Below are positions 13,429 to 25,627 of a DNA stretch of 64,000 nucleotides, one piece after another (position 1 is the first letter of the stretch; the number at the start of each line of letters is the position of its first letter). The position numbers and the translations under genes are program-made. Under the pieces are notes generated by a model. It searched no databases. It was not told the origin of the DNA and saw only the letters and a list, made by a program, of their open reading frames with translations. The stretch is taken from assembly GCA_016906335.1 (NCBI GenBank), contig JADEYG010000012.1, positions 682,001 to 746,000 on the forward strand. The letters are read 5' to 3'. This DNA comes from Novakomyces olei. Its lineage: Eukaryota.

Positions 13429-13790
13429 ATTTAACACTAAACACTACAAGCGCCGCTACACACACACGCACGTTATAATTTGGTATTCTTTCGCTCGGCG
13501 CGCCTTAATATATACACTACTATTGCGTACACAAGAGTTTGACGCATCAATCTTTTCTTAATATTTTCTTATCACAAGGCGATCGTGATTGGCCAATCAA
13601 TGCGGGAAATCGGCACTCGTCAACGACAGACTGCGCTTTTTCTTGCGCGATAGAAATATTAGTGCTGTTTGAACAAACAGCAGATTTTGTTCTGCACTCT
13701 CAACGTCTTTTTTCGCTTAATTGTCCTGTCGTATAGGGCAGACGACGTGTTGCGCTCGATACGCTCACACCACTACGCAGTCCCTTCGCT

Positions 13791-14982
13791 ATGGACGCAG
13801 CAACTGCGCTGGCAGCAGTGTAAGTTAATATACAGACCCATTCTAATAATTAGTGCGGGCTCAGTTGTAGCAAGAGTCTCCTGCTTTCCCATAGACACAG
13901 TCACTGTCAGGCGACAGACGCTTAGCGCCGCTCAACGAAAAGCGCAGGGCCGTTTACCACTGCGCTCGTATTATCGCGGACTTGGCGTTTCTATCGTGTT
14001 TGTTACGCCGAGCATGGTTGCTTATCTCTCTGCTTATCGCTGGTGCAAGGAGGCGGTAAAGCCTTTGACTGGAGAGGGCACGCTGTCTAATTATGCTTCG
14101 GCTGCGATCTTTAGTGAGGTTACAAGCTCCGTTTTCTGGACGCCAATGGAGGTGATAAAGGCGCGTACACAGATCGCGTCGCACAAAAGCGGAGTTGCTC
14201 AAACATTGAAGCAGATGTGGATGGAGGAGGGGTACCGTGGATTTTACCGCGGTTACGTAGTGGTATGTGAAGCTCTTTTTACAAAATTGGCAATTGGCAA
14301 ATGGCAAATGAGATTTCAATAAAGTGCAAAGCATTAAACTGCTCTCGCCCGTTTAGCGCTGTTTTCTTTCACTTAAATTACATTCCACTGGGTTTTATAC
14401 ACCTACAATTGAATTTACTGGCTACAACAATATCTGCTCTTTGAAATGCACTCTGCCCATTATGTTTCCTGCTTTACTGGCATCTGACGAAATTGGATTA
14501 CTGACTTTTGCTAGGGACTCGTCGTGTACGTGCCTTATGCCACTGCTTGGTGGCTCGTGTATGAGCAGCTAAAAAACTATTTAGCCAATCACCCGTTGGC
14601 AGCAAGCAGTAACGTTCTCGCTACTGCAGTCACGCCTTTTATTGCATCAGGCGTTGCTACGCTAGTGGCTGGAGGAACTTCAGCGCCTCTTGAGCTCGTA
14701 AAGACTCGGTACCAAGTATCGAATTCGCCAGAGATACGGGGTAATCGGAGTCTCCAACACAATGTCAGAATAATGGATATAGTAAAGGAGCTTTACCAGT
14801 CTGCTGGCTGGCGAGGGTTTACGAGGGGCATTGGATACCGGCTTGCTTACATGGTTCCCGGCAGTATGATTAGTATGGCTGTGTTTGAGTACTTGAAGCC
14901 TGATATAGAATGGACGTCGAGACCGGGTGAGTCAGACGTAGAGGCCGGGGAAGCGTCGCAGTCACAGACAATGTCAGTATAA
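13791..14982 (+). CDS. Mitochondrial carrier family (SLC25) protein, 2 introns; substrate not assignable
   Basis: Three Px[DE]xx[KR]xR signatures: FPIDTVTVRRQ, TPMEVIKARTQ and APLELVKTRYQ. Also GYRGFYRG and GWRGFTRG. Confidence 0.92.
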
Positions 14983-15322
14983 ATAATTGTTTATTTGAAT
15001 TCTGTACTTGACCCGAGTAAATATTGCATAAGCAATTCGGCATTTTATTTAAAAATTTAGATGGCAAATATTTCCTTGTTCAAGTTGCGAATGTACTCTT
15101 TGTCAAGGACCCGGGATAAGCCTATATTTTGGTATCATATCAAACAATACATCTTATTTGGCGATACGTGCACGGGCCCCGTTCACCCTCCGAGAGCCTA
15201 AAAGAAGGGAACGTCGCTCGACGAATTGCTACAAATAATAGAGAAGAGCAAGAAGCAATGAGATCAATAATCGCAATTCATTCAAACCAATGCCTTAACT
15301 AATATATGAAATATACGCAAAC

Positions 15323-17072
15323 TTAAATCAGGTAGCGGAATCCGTGTTCCACTTGCAGCTGCTCAATAGCAACATCGCTAGTATGTGTAGCCTGCTGCTC
15401 AGCACGATCAATCTTGCGGTTCTCGGAGATGAGCATAAAGCGCATAAGCGTTCCCATGAGCAGTGCAAGCACCATAGTGCAGCAGTTGACAATCATAGCC
15501 ATTTTGAATTGTGGCCTGTCCGAGTCGGGGTACAGGTACGAGGCGTAAATGCTGGTTCCATTGGAAATGGCGTTACTAAAAAGTCAGTGTACAGTCAATG
15601 GCAGGGCAATGATTAAAAGAGGTGATTGGGAAACATACGCAAGAGCCAGGGCAACAGCGCGCTTGGCAGGTGGACGTGGCAACGAAGCAGAGATCCAAGA
15701 CAAGGCAATGACGTAGCCAGCATAGATTCCAGGCACGACCAAAAGCATGGCCAGGTAGCGTGGTGCAAAACTGTGGGTGGTCGCGGCGATAATAAAGGCA
15801 GCAATTCCCACAAAGATGGGGAGGATAGCGTGCAGCGATCGCTCTTGAACACGGTCAGAGTGGTAAGCATTGCAAAGGCAGGCAATACAGCCAAGGGCGT
15901 AGCAGGGAACAGTGAGCAGGAGACTGACAACATCAGTCTTACCCAGCGTAGCGACGACAGTAGGGAAAAAGTTGGTGATTCCTCCAGAGCTGACGTACCC
16001 CACCAGCATCAGAACAAAGACATAGGTCTTGGGATCCTTGAGAGCGAGTTTAAGACCCAGCTTGATATCGCGCGAATGCTCGTCAGCAACACCGGCTTCA
16101 AGTTCCAGTCGGTAAACGGCAACCTGTCGCTCTTCCTCCGTCAGCCACATTGTTGTCTGAGGGAAATTGGGTAGCACAAAGATCGCAACAATAGCGATGG
16201 CAATAGTGGCAGAGCCTTCAATGATAAAGAGCCAGCGCCAGGCACGTAAGCCTTTGGCACCGTCCATTCCATATCGGATACCCGCGCTGATAAGACCACT
16301 GATAGCCCCGGACAATAGGGATCCGCTGTCTATATTCGTGTTAGCACTCTGAAGCGTTTTTATTTATTTTATTTATTTATTTTTTCATGAATTAGAAACT
16401 TACAGAGAACAGCCGTGCGCAAAGTCAGCTCTGATTTGCGATACCAAGAAGACAGAAAGAACAGACAGCCAGGAAAGTATGCAGCCTCTAGTCACATCAA
16501 GTTAGTCATTATTCGCTCTAAAAATTTATTTGTCACATACCGCTGAAACCCAAGAGAATACGAACAGCGTAAAGACCACCAACGCTCTGAACACCAGCGG
16601 TGGCAGTAGAAATAGCGCCCCAAATGATCATACATACCGGAAGGTAGATCGAGGGTTTTCCGATACGGTCGAGCAGCAGATTAGAAGGTACTTGCATGAG
16701 AATGTAACCGACAAAGAGAATAGAAACGGCAGTTTGAAATTCCTCGCCTTTCAGGTTGAGATCCTCCACAATTCCAGCAAGTCGGCTGGCAGCAATAGCA
16801 TTTCGGTCGATGTAGTTCATGACATAGATAAGAATACACATGGGCATAATGCGCAAGTCAATCTTTCGCAATAGTTTTTTCTCAATTGCTGCCACAGCTT
16901 CATCGTCGAGGTGCGCAATAGCAGAGTATTTGGAGCGAACTACCTCTCGTTGAGAAAGTCCAGAGGCCGTTTTCTCCAAGGCAGAAGGGTTCTTTGCCAA
17001 TTCGACATGGTGGGCATTTGGCTTTTCCAAGTTCAATGTTTCCGTTGCATAGTCGTGAGTAGTGTGGGCCAT
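15323..17072 (-). CDS. MFS anion:cation symporter family permease (Tna1/Dal5-like), 3 introns
   Basis: Motifs EKKLLRKIDLRIMP, NYIDRNAI, EAAYFPGC, AWRWLFIIEG and WLTEEER, with C-terminus GFRYLI*. Confidence 0.93.
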
Positions 17073-17801
17073 AGTGTCTGCGTACAACAAACTTTGAAAA
17101 TGTAACCACGACACGTATCCTGTGGTTTGGAAAGCATGCTCACTGATCCCTATATATAGGGCCAGGATGAAAAGCTTAATATGTGGAGACTATAGCAAGC
17201 CTAGACCATCATTACTCCACTTGGGATCGGCAAATAAAAGCGTGAGACTAGGCTAGGCTGTGTAGCGATCGTATTACGCGCACTCGAGCCGAGCTTAGTT
17301 AAACCCCGCATATGCGCTTGCCTTTTCAAGAACATACATGGGATGGTACATGATATCGATTGGCTGGGTCAAATCTGACACGCTTCCTATTTTGGCACCT
17401 TCTAGAACATAACTCAGGTTGGAGTTCCTATTTTAGTAACAAATGCGTCGCTAAAGCCCATCATCCCACACTCCCACGTCTTGTGCGGCAAATTTTGCAA
17501 AAACAAAATAAAGGAGGTCTGACGTTTTTAGTTATGATAGGCCTGACTTGCCACACTTACAAACATGAGGTGGCAGAATTAAAGAAAACATGATGACTAA
17601 GAATGTTCGACTGTTACTTGTCGCAAAACTCAATACCTTTACCGGCAAATTCTGCATTATAATTACGACTTAAATTTATCCGCCCCAACAATTTTGTATC
17701 CAGGAGATTTGCAACATACAACTATCATCAAATTAATGTGACACAGCACTTATATATTCTATAAATGCAATTTGCTGTATATCATACATCTAAGTGGTCC
17801 A

Positions 17802-17891
17802 TCCGAATTGGTGTAGGGGTTATCACTCGGCGCTTTCAAGATATCTTGAGGATGTTCCGCCGCGACCCGGGTTCGAGTCCCGGATTCGGAG
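17802..17891 (+). tRNA. tRNA-Glu(TTC) with an 18-nt intron (17839-17856)
   Basis: Acceptor stem TCCGAAT/ATTCGGA, anticodon stem CGGCG/CGCCG, TTC at 17835-17837 and T-loop GGTTCGAGTCC. An oligo-T follows. Confidence 0.95.
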
Positions 17892-18461
17892 TAAATTTTT
17901 AATTTATCGTTGTATTTTTTATTTGTAGTATACAAGAAAGAAGGTTGAACGAGCAGAGAACAGATGGGATAAGCACGGATATATGCGTTGCAATCCACAG
18001 TGTTATATATAATTGATGATGTTGCTACGAGAGGCAGTCTTATGTTACCGACATATTCGAATTTTCTTTCTATGACTACGTATCAGTTCTTTAACGGGCG
18101 TTACTATAATTTGCGATTTTTCTATTATATAGCTGCGGAGCAAGCACGAAGTTGTTAATATATTCAATCAATTGAATTCGTCAACTTGTTGAGGCACAAA
18201 AGACAGCCAGTTTGTCATTAATTATTTACAATCAAAAACAACAAAATGATGCTCAATTTACATTGCTTTGCTGTGTTTAATGCTAATTTGATCCGATAAA
18301 CGAACTATTGTTCAACAGAGGCCGCCAACCAACTTCAAATACCTCCGAATGTTCATGGATTAATAAGGACATTGAAGATTTGCAGACCATATATAGCAAA
18401 AGAACAATAGTACAGACTAAGTAAAACGTATTATTATTATATCTACAATTTCGCTTAATGC

Positions 18462-19680
18462 CTATTCTGCGAGCAAGCTAGCGACACGCTCGCGCCGAAA
18501 CAACCACTGCCGGTTTGCGTGCAAAACCTTTATCCTATCAGCATTCCCTGATGAAATGATTTTCTCTGACAGAGACATTTCCTCCATAACCGCCTAAGAA
18601 GTATGTTAGCTTTCGTAAAAAATCGGTGAAAAGTCATTATTGACCAATAAACTTGCAGGATGCAAAAGGAAGAAGCTATGCAAAAATTAAAATCAAAAAA
18701 TTATACTCAATAAATAAATCAAATGCACAAGAAGGCCATACAAAGAAACGAGCGCGACGCTCTTCAATAACAGGCTGAGAATCAAATTTTTTCCGAGACA
18801 GAGCATGAGCATCGAACCAATCCGCATCGGATTCCATTTGATTGCGATTAATATCCACAAGACGCCGAGAGAGTTCCGCTAGAGCTGTTGCAAAAGGCTT
18901 TAAAATAGCGTCTTGCTTTCGAGCCGTTGCGTCGCGACGTTTGCTCCCAGATTTCCACATTGCTAGTTCTGTATCCAATCGGGAAATATGCGCATTAAGA
19001 TCTTCAATAGTCTCATCGTACTCGTGAACGGTCTTACGAGCTTGAGTTGCTTCTTTCTCGAGCTCTTTTATATGCTCTGCCATCCCTTCCAGACCCTCGT
19101 ACCTTGCCTTGAGCAACTTTATTTGGTGCTGAGCATCATCCAGAGATTGTGTTTTGATATGTAATTGAGCATGTGACCTCCGTGATTCCTCCGCCATGCT
19201 CGCTACACGATTATGGTCAGCTTCAAATTCGCGCAGCTGGTCTCTTGTTGCTAAGGCTTGCTTTTGCCATGGCGTTTCAATTTCGTTTGCTACAAAGTCA
19301 ATATTTAATAGGTATATTCTTTGTCTTTTCTAATAGAAAATTACCTTTGACAAAGAGATTGTCCCATTCTTGAAGACGGGAGAACAATAAGGGTATTTGC
19401 TGCACAACATGCTCGAAAGAATTTGAGTTAGAAAAGTCTATCGAATCGTTCTCAAGACTACGACGGGAGACGTCTTCGATAATTGCATCAATCGCCTGCA
19501 AAATACTCGTATAATCGTTCGTCCATGAGGAATCTGGTAAACTTATATCGCCTGAACAAACACGACTAAAGTACTCCGAAAGATATTGTCTGATCACATA
19601 AGTATATCCGAGAGAAAAGAAAAATAAAGACACAGGAAAGTGTAATGAATAGAAAAGAAAATAAATAAATAAATAAATAA

Positions 19681-19735
<55 letters not shown>

Positions 19736-19740
19736 ACAAA

Positions 19741-19811
<71 letters not shown>

Positions 19812-22305
19812 ATAGCCTTACATTTCTTTTGTTTTCAAGGCTTGCAGCTTCTCCTTTCTTTCCAATATTAAATCATTATCGAGCCCTTCCGAAAGCAAAT
19901 ATTCAACTAGCCATAGCGCCGAATCAACAGCGACTGCTGCCATTACTAAACTATCCCCAAGGCAAGGAAATGATGGGATATCAAATTCGGATAAAGTTTG
20001 TTCGATTCTGAAAATGTAAGCCTCAAAGGAATCTAGATCATAACAATTTGAGCTAATCACAACAATATCCCGAAACGAAATTTCTAAATTATAACAAAAT
20101 TCTATTATTCTTTCCTTTCTTTAAGTTTATTCGGCATTAACCTTCAATCTTGACTTACTCATCCAGAATTCGTAAAGCTGCACTTTCATCTAGGGAATCG
20201 GACCGAATGCTCGATACAAGCGTACTCAGCTTTTCCGAAACAGCGAAAATCAAGTTTGCACTCCCACAGAGGTCTTGAAAAGCAGTCACAGTCATTTGCT
20301 GTGACTCTATCAAAATAGAATGGCACTGGCGCCAAACAGAAGCTGCTCTTTTACGTACAATGCATCGATGCCTCAGCGCAACAGTATCCGTCAAAAGAGC
20401 AATGTCTACAACGCCTAGTGCAAACACAAAAATATCCGCTAGACAAAAGAGACGCAAGATATTGCTGCTCATATCAAGAAAAACACTCAGCTTTTCATCC
20501 CAACCAATTGTGTTTGCAGAGCATAGGCGCACTGCTAATTGTCTTACTTCAATATCTTTTAATCTCAAGTCGATTTCCAAGGCTGTAGTGTTGATTGCAG
20601 TACGACGCAATTTGCGATTTATACTCATTGCTGACTCGTACGTCGTCTCGCCTTTTTGCTGGGCATCGAGAACAAGACGGTTTGCAGCATCTGCCTCAGC
20701 TAACTGACTAAACCATGAGCGTCAGACACATGTTAAATAGACAAAAACAAGAAAACATAACATAAATACAAATAATCAATTAAATGAAGAATTGAAAAAA
20801 TAAAACAAAGCCTTCAAAATAATTATAAATTATTTTACAATATCGTACCTCTGCAATGAAGCAACGAGCTGTCGAAAACGCGTGATAGCGCTACGGTATT
20901 TTGTCCCACTTTCTTCCAGACTGGCAATGGTAGCTAGCTGGCTACGGATGGCAGAATCACGTTTCATTATTTCCTGCTGCAGCTGATGCTCATTGGCAAT
21001 ACGTGTCTCCTCAATTTCCTGATTCACGTCTTTCAATGCTTCAAGATACTCTAGTGACAGCTCTAATTCTTCTACTCGCTCTGTGAGTGTGAGGTTCCGT
21101 GCAGCAAGTTCTTCTACAATCTCTTCAGATCCAAGAGCCGCCTCATACTGCTGTTTCAATGTAGCAATGGCGTCATTATCTCTTTCATTTTGCGCCAACA
21201 GATCTTGCAGCTTAGCTAAAACTCTGTCAGCATTGATTGGAACAAAATCGCATACTCTGTAGAGACTGTTGGTCGGATAGTTGCTCGTTTGCACTACGCA
21301 ATTGCCTCAAAAGATCCTGCTCTTTTGCAGCCGCCACATCACGTAGTCTACAAGTTAAAAAAACTGCTTTATAATTCCATCAAGATGAGCTGTAAAGGCA
21401 AAAATAAAAAATCAAAAAACAAGTGCAAACAACTCATACTTTGCCAGAGCGTATTTGAGCTGGTTATTCTGTGCTGCCATCGATTTCAAACCTTCACCAT
21501 CTCCACCAGCACCGGTATTAGTGTGCCTCCTTAATGACTCTAATTCTAAACGTGTTCCTTCCAGTGCTTGTTGCAAATCCTGTAATTGCATCCGTGCTTG
21601 TGTCGCCTGTTCTTCCGCCAACTCTCTGTCCACCGCAGCAATCTCTGTGGTCATTGCACGTTCTGCCAATTGCGACTGCAGTGTATTGATCCTTTCATGA
21701 GTAGTACGAAGCTGCCGCTGCAAATCACTGCGCTCTTCTTGCATCGCTAACAGTCGAGCTATCACGCGTTAAGACAAAACATAAATCGAATGCATTTCAT
21801 ACCTTGAATCTTTCCACGCGCAGAGACCCAAACTTCGCGTTCACGCCGTTCGCGTTCAAGTTGCTTGAGCAAATCTGCATTCTTCTCCCGTTCAGCATCG
21901 ACTTCTCTAATCCGGTCCAACAAATAAGCGCGTTCTTCTCGCAACTAGAAAATGAGCCTCAGTGTACATACAATTTATGATGGCAGTTACCCGTTCAATT
22001 TGCTCCCGTTCAATTGGCTCAGATTCGCCGTCTTTTGCACTTGGATTCGGAGAATTCAGGTTCTCGCTTGACAATGCCTCGAGCGGTAATGTTTCAGCTG
22101 CCCTCAGCACGGACGGACGTACAAAGATGCCGTGCTGGGGCCGACACGTAAAATAAACAGTGCCCTGCACGGACCCATCATTCTTGCCGAGTGGTAAGTC
22201 AAGTTCGACTCCGACCCATTCACCGGGAGCAAAATCTGTGGGTCCATTGAAACGCACGGTGCCCTCTGTATCGTTGACGAACACGCGTGCGCCTACATTG
22301 CTCAT
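18462..22305 (-). CDS. NIP100: Dynactin p150Glued subunit (Nip100/Ssm4/ro-3 family), many introns
   Basis: N-terminal CAP-Gly motif [25 protein letters not shown], long coiled coils and the motif [18 protein letters not shown]. The last exon is AVMEEM...LLAE*. Confidence 0.88.
19660..19813 (-). repeat. (TTTA)n microsatellite (sense strand) in a dynactin intron (19590-19821)
   Basis: Seen as (AAAT)n on the plus strand. Confidence 0.95.
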
Positions 22306-22347
22306 GTCGTGGTCCAATCATGTGCTGTACGTGGGGATTTGCGATTA

Positions 22348-22521
<174 letters not shown>

Positions 22522-22595
22522 TTAATTATTATTATTAAAACTTGGCTAATTAAACGAGACCAAATCAAATAAATTATATTCCTGATCGGACAGAC

Positions 22596-23816
22596 ATGGA
22601 ACGGCCACGGCGATTCGTGGGTCGCGCTCGAGCCGAACGACTTGGTACAAACTCTCAAAGCGTGGTACGTCAGTCAGCAGCGCCACGGATACGGAACCAG
22701 ATTCCCGAAGATATCGTTAATAATGCAGACTTGAACGAAGCAATCAAAATACTACCCAAAAATTATAATCTAGAAGTACATAAAACAATTTGGCACGTAC
22801 GTAAGCATGGAGCGCGGCGTGTTGCACTACAAATGCCCGAGGGCTTACTCATGTTTGCTTGCGTTTTATCTGATATTATTGAACGATTTTGCGGTTGCGA
22901 AACTGTGATAATGGGGGATGTGACGTATGGCGCTTGCTGCATCGATGACTATACAGCCCGGGCTCTTGAGTGTGACATGCTTGTACATTATGGGCATTCT
23001 TGTCTTGTACCCGTTGACGAAACGCCGATCCGTACTCTCTATATATTTGTAGATATCACCATTAATACGGATCACTTTTGCGAGTCTGTTGCGGCAAACA
23101 TGTCTCCCCGGCCTGTTGTACTCGTTGCCACTATCCAATTTGTCCGCAGTTTGGCAGCAGCACGTGCGCGGTTAGAGCAACTCGGGTTTCGTGTCACTAT
23201 ACCGCAAGCGAAACCACTTTCTCCAGGAGAAATATTGGGTTGCACCTCTCCGCATGTTGATGCGGATATACAAAATTTGTTATACCTCGGCGATGGCCGC
23301 TTCCACCTCGAAAGTATTATGATCAGCAATCCGAAACTTCAGGCTTGGCGCTATGATCCTTACTCCCATGTTCTTTCCCATGAGGGCTATGATCACACGG
23401 CCATGTACGGGCTGCGCAACAATGCTCTGCAACAAGCACGCCGAGCTCGTCGGTGGGCAATAATACTGGGAACTCTGGGACGTCAAGGCAGTACACGTGT
23501 ATTGCAGACTCTGACAGAGAGACTTAAAGATCGGGGACTGCTGGCGGCCACTATCTTGCTATCGGAGATCTTTCCAGACAAACTGCAGCGTTTTACGGAT
23601 ATCGACTGTTTTGTACAGATTGCATGCCCACGACTTAGTATTGACTGGGGCTATGCTTTTGCACAGCCATTACTTTCGCCATACGAGGCGGTGTTGGCTC
23701 TCGACGGTACTAATATTGAGCATTCTTATGCTATGGACTTTTACGCAAATGACTCGCTGGGACCATGGACGCCTAATCATGGTCGCGGTCGTAAGCGTGA
23801 AGTCATTAGTGCTTGA
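22596..23816 (+). CDS. DPH1: Diphthamide biosynthesis protein 1, intronless
   Basis: Motifs NYNLEVHKT, ALQMPEGL, GDVTYGACCIDD, HYGHSCL, GEILGCTSP, GDGRFHLES and QIACPRLSIDWG. Confidence 0.97.
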   Translation: MERPRRFVGRARAERLGTNSQSVVRQSAAPRIRNQIPEDIVNNADLNEAIKILPKNYNLEVHKTIWHVRKHGARRVALQMPEGLLMFACVLSDIIERFCGCETVIMGDVTYGACCIDDYTARALECDMLVHYGHSCLVPVDETPIRTLYIFVDITINTDHFCESVAANMSPRPVVLVATIQFVRSLAAARARLEQLGFRVTIPQAKPLSPGEILGCTSPHVDADIQNLLYLGDGRFHLESIMISNPKLQAWRYDPYSHVLSHEGYDHTAMYGLRNNALQQARRARRWAIILGTLGRQGSTRVLQTLTERLKDRGLLAATILLSEIFPDKLQRFTDIDCFVQIACPRLSIDWGYAFAQPLLSPYEAVLALDGTNIEHSYAMDFYANDSLGPWTPNHGRGRKREVISA

Positions 23817-23995
23817 TTTTTATAGATCTTACTATTCATTAATTCATCAGATTGGCATTGTATAGAGGTTTCAAACATCTAGATGTTTATTTGCAGTTAA
23901 TAATTTGAGCTGGCGCCTGACATGAAATAATAGGCATTATAATACAAAAGTCCAGGTCTAGGGCAACACGTCGACCGTAATGGTCAGTTTAAATT

Positions 23996-24068
23996 GGTTC
24001 TATAGTGTAGTTGGTTATCACGACGGATTCTGATTCCGTTGACGCCGGTTCGAATCCGGCTAGGACCT
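23996..24068 (+). tRNA. tRNA-Gln(CTG)
   Basis: Acceptor stem GGTTCTA/TAGGACC, anticodon stem ACGGA/TCCGT, CTG at 24030-24032 and GGTTCGAATCC. A TTTTT terminator follows. Confidence 0.96.
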
Positions 24069-24381
24069 TGCTTTTTGCTGTATATTTTATTTTGTTTGTA
24101 ATAATATATAGAGCTGCTGGTCAAACATAATTTTGGCCTCAAAAGCAACTACAAAACATCGCAAAATACTTTTAAAAACAAGTATACACTCGACTCATGT
24201 TCATATATCCTTGCAAAGCTATCGCGTTGTCAACCAACGCTGTTTCATTCAGTTTACATGTTAGAACGTATAATAATTATAATAATTATAATAATTATAA
24301 TTATAATAATAGTAATAATAATATTAGTCCACGTGCAAGTGTTTAATCACCCCAGCCAGTCTAATGTCATGGCTGGCCGAG

Positions 24382-25191
24382 ATGTCTCGCCGCGACTTGC
24401 GTGCACCGGCAGACTTGCCGTCGGCACAAAGTCGGCCCATTGTGACAATAGCCCCGGTACCGATGCCTGAGAGAATTGTAGCACGGGCGCCAAGTATGAA
24501 TCGTTATAATTGGATGTAGAGCCAAATCTCACATCAAGCAGGTGATCAGCGTCATGATCGGCGCTACCGACGGCGGCGGCATCGTTGGCTGCAAAGCGAA
24601 CTGGCAGCGCTGGAGACAATATCGCGTGTTCAAAAGCTCAATGCTGTGAGCGAACAAGGCGCAGCTCGGCTGTATAACGTTTTATTGCCTTCACGGTCGG
24701 TTCGAGAAATCGAGCAAAAGCTGCGCGATGGGCCTAAGCAGCCCTCAGAGCCGTCCGTGCCGATTGCGGATACGTTTACGAGACGAAGGCTTTCGCGTAG
24801 TAATGCTACAAAATTGAATGGGGCACTGCACGCGTTAATACAGGCAGAACGAGACGGGGACGGTGGTGGCATTGATCAGCGGGCTGATGCACTGAACGTC
24901 GTGTTTGACGAAGCGCCTAGAAGCTCTTCGCCCCGTGAAGAGCCGCGTGACCAAGACATGTCGCGCCGTGATATAGTGGCCAATTTAGACCGGATTCTTG
25001 GCCATGAGCCAACTTCTTTTGGAAAGAGTTTGGATAGTGTTACAAGCGAGGATTACGATTACGACGAGGAGGAGGAGGAGGAGCAAGGTCAGGATGGGAA
25101 ACGACGACAGATTGATGCCATTCTTGCTAATTATGACGATAATCCCGTGTACGATGTACGCGCGCATTTGGATCGTATATTGAACCTTTGA
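24382..25191 (+). CDS. Orphan protein of about 253 aa with a candidate Myb/SANT-like domain, 1 intron (24494-24541)
   Basis: ATG 24382 and a GTATGA...CTCAC...CAG intron join in frame to ORF 24646..25191. The protein contains RRRRHRWLQSELAAL...LLPSRSVREIEQKL and an acidic tract. Confidence 0.65.
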
Positions 25192-25291
25192 GGTGGCGCG
25201 TATGGTGCAGAGCGCTTGATGATAAATCAAAGTTGCCTTTGACACTAACAGCTAGAATCATGAAAACAGATAAAAGATAATATAACTGTTG

Positions 25292-25450
25292 TACATAACA
25301 TTGCATTGTACATAAAGTTGTATTGTAACATAGTATTGTAACATATATTGTAACATAGTATCGTACATAGTATCGTATATTGATGTAACACATATTGTAA
25401 TGTAACATAGTATTGTAACATAGTATCGTACAGTATCGTACATTGTACAC
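25292..25450. repeat. Degenerate 12-13-bp tandem repeat (ACATAGTATTGTA / ACATAGTATCGT) upstream of OXR1
   Basis: Read directly from the sequence. Confidence 0.8.
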
Positions 25451-25627
25451 ATAAATGGTACACAAAACAGTGTGTTCATAAATTGTACACACAGTTCTCC
25501 ACGCCCGTACTCTAGCGGGCATAACTTTGCCATAACTTTGCAAGTAAGCAACTTTTGCAGTGTGTACATTAATCCAACTTTTAGCAATAGAGCTCTAACC
25601 TTATCTACCCCAGTCCATTCGTCGTCA

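Noticed and set aside
13405..13435. Telomerase RNA template or chromosome end
   Set aside because: Only about 2.5 units in a ~500-bp divergent promoter, internal to a gene-dense region.
15626..16174. Long antisense ORFs opposite the MFS, COP1 and LYS2 genes
   Set aside because: These are shadow ORFs of real coding strands with no recognisable motifs.
17833..17840. Reading the first tRNA as a TCA (Sec/suppressor) tRNA
   Set aside because: The CGGCG/CGCCG stem fixes the anticodon as TTC. The body is Glu-like and has no long variable arm.
23460..23490. Alternative CUG genetic code
   Set aside because: CTG encodes conserved Leu in DPH1 ILGTLGRQG and in TRM7 QLLLAA.
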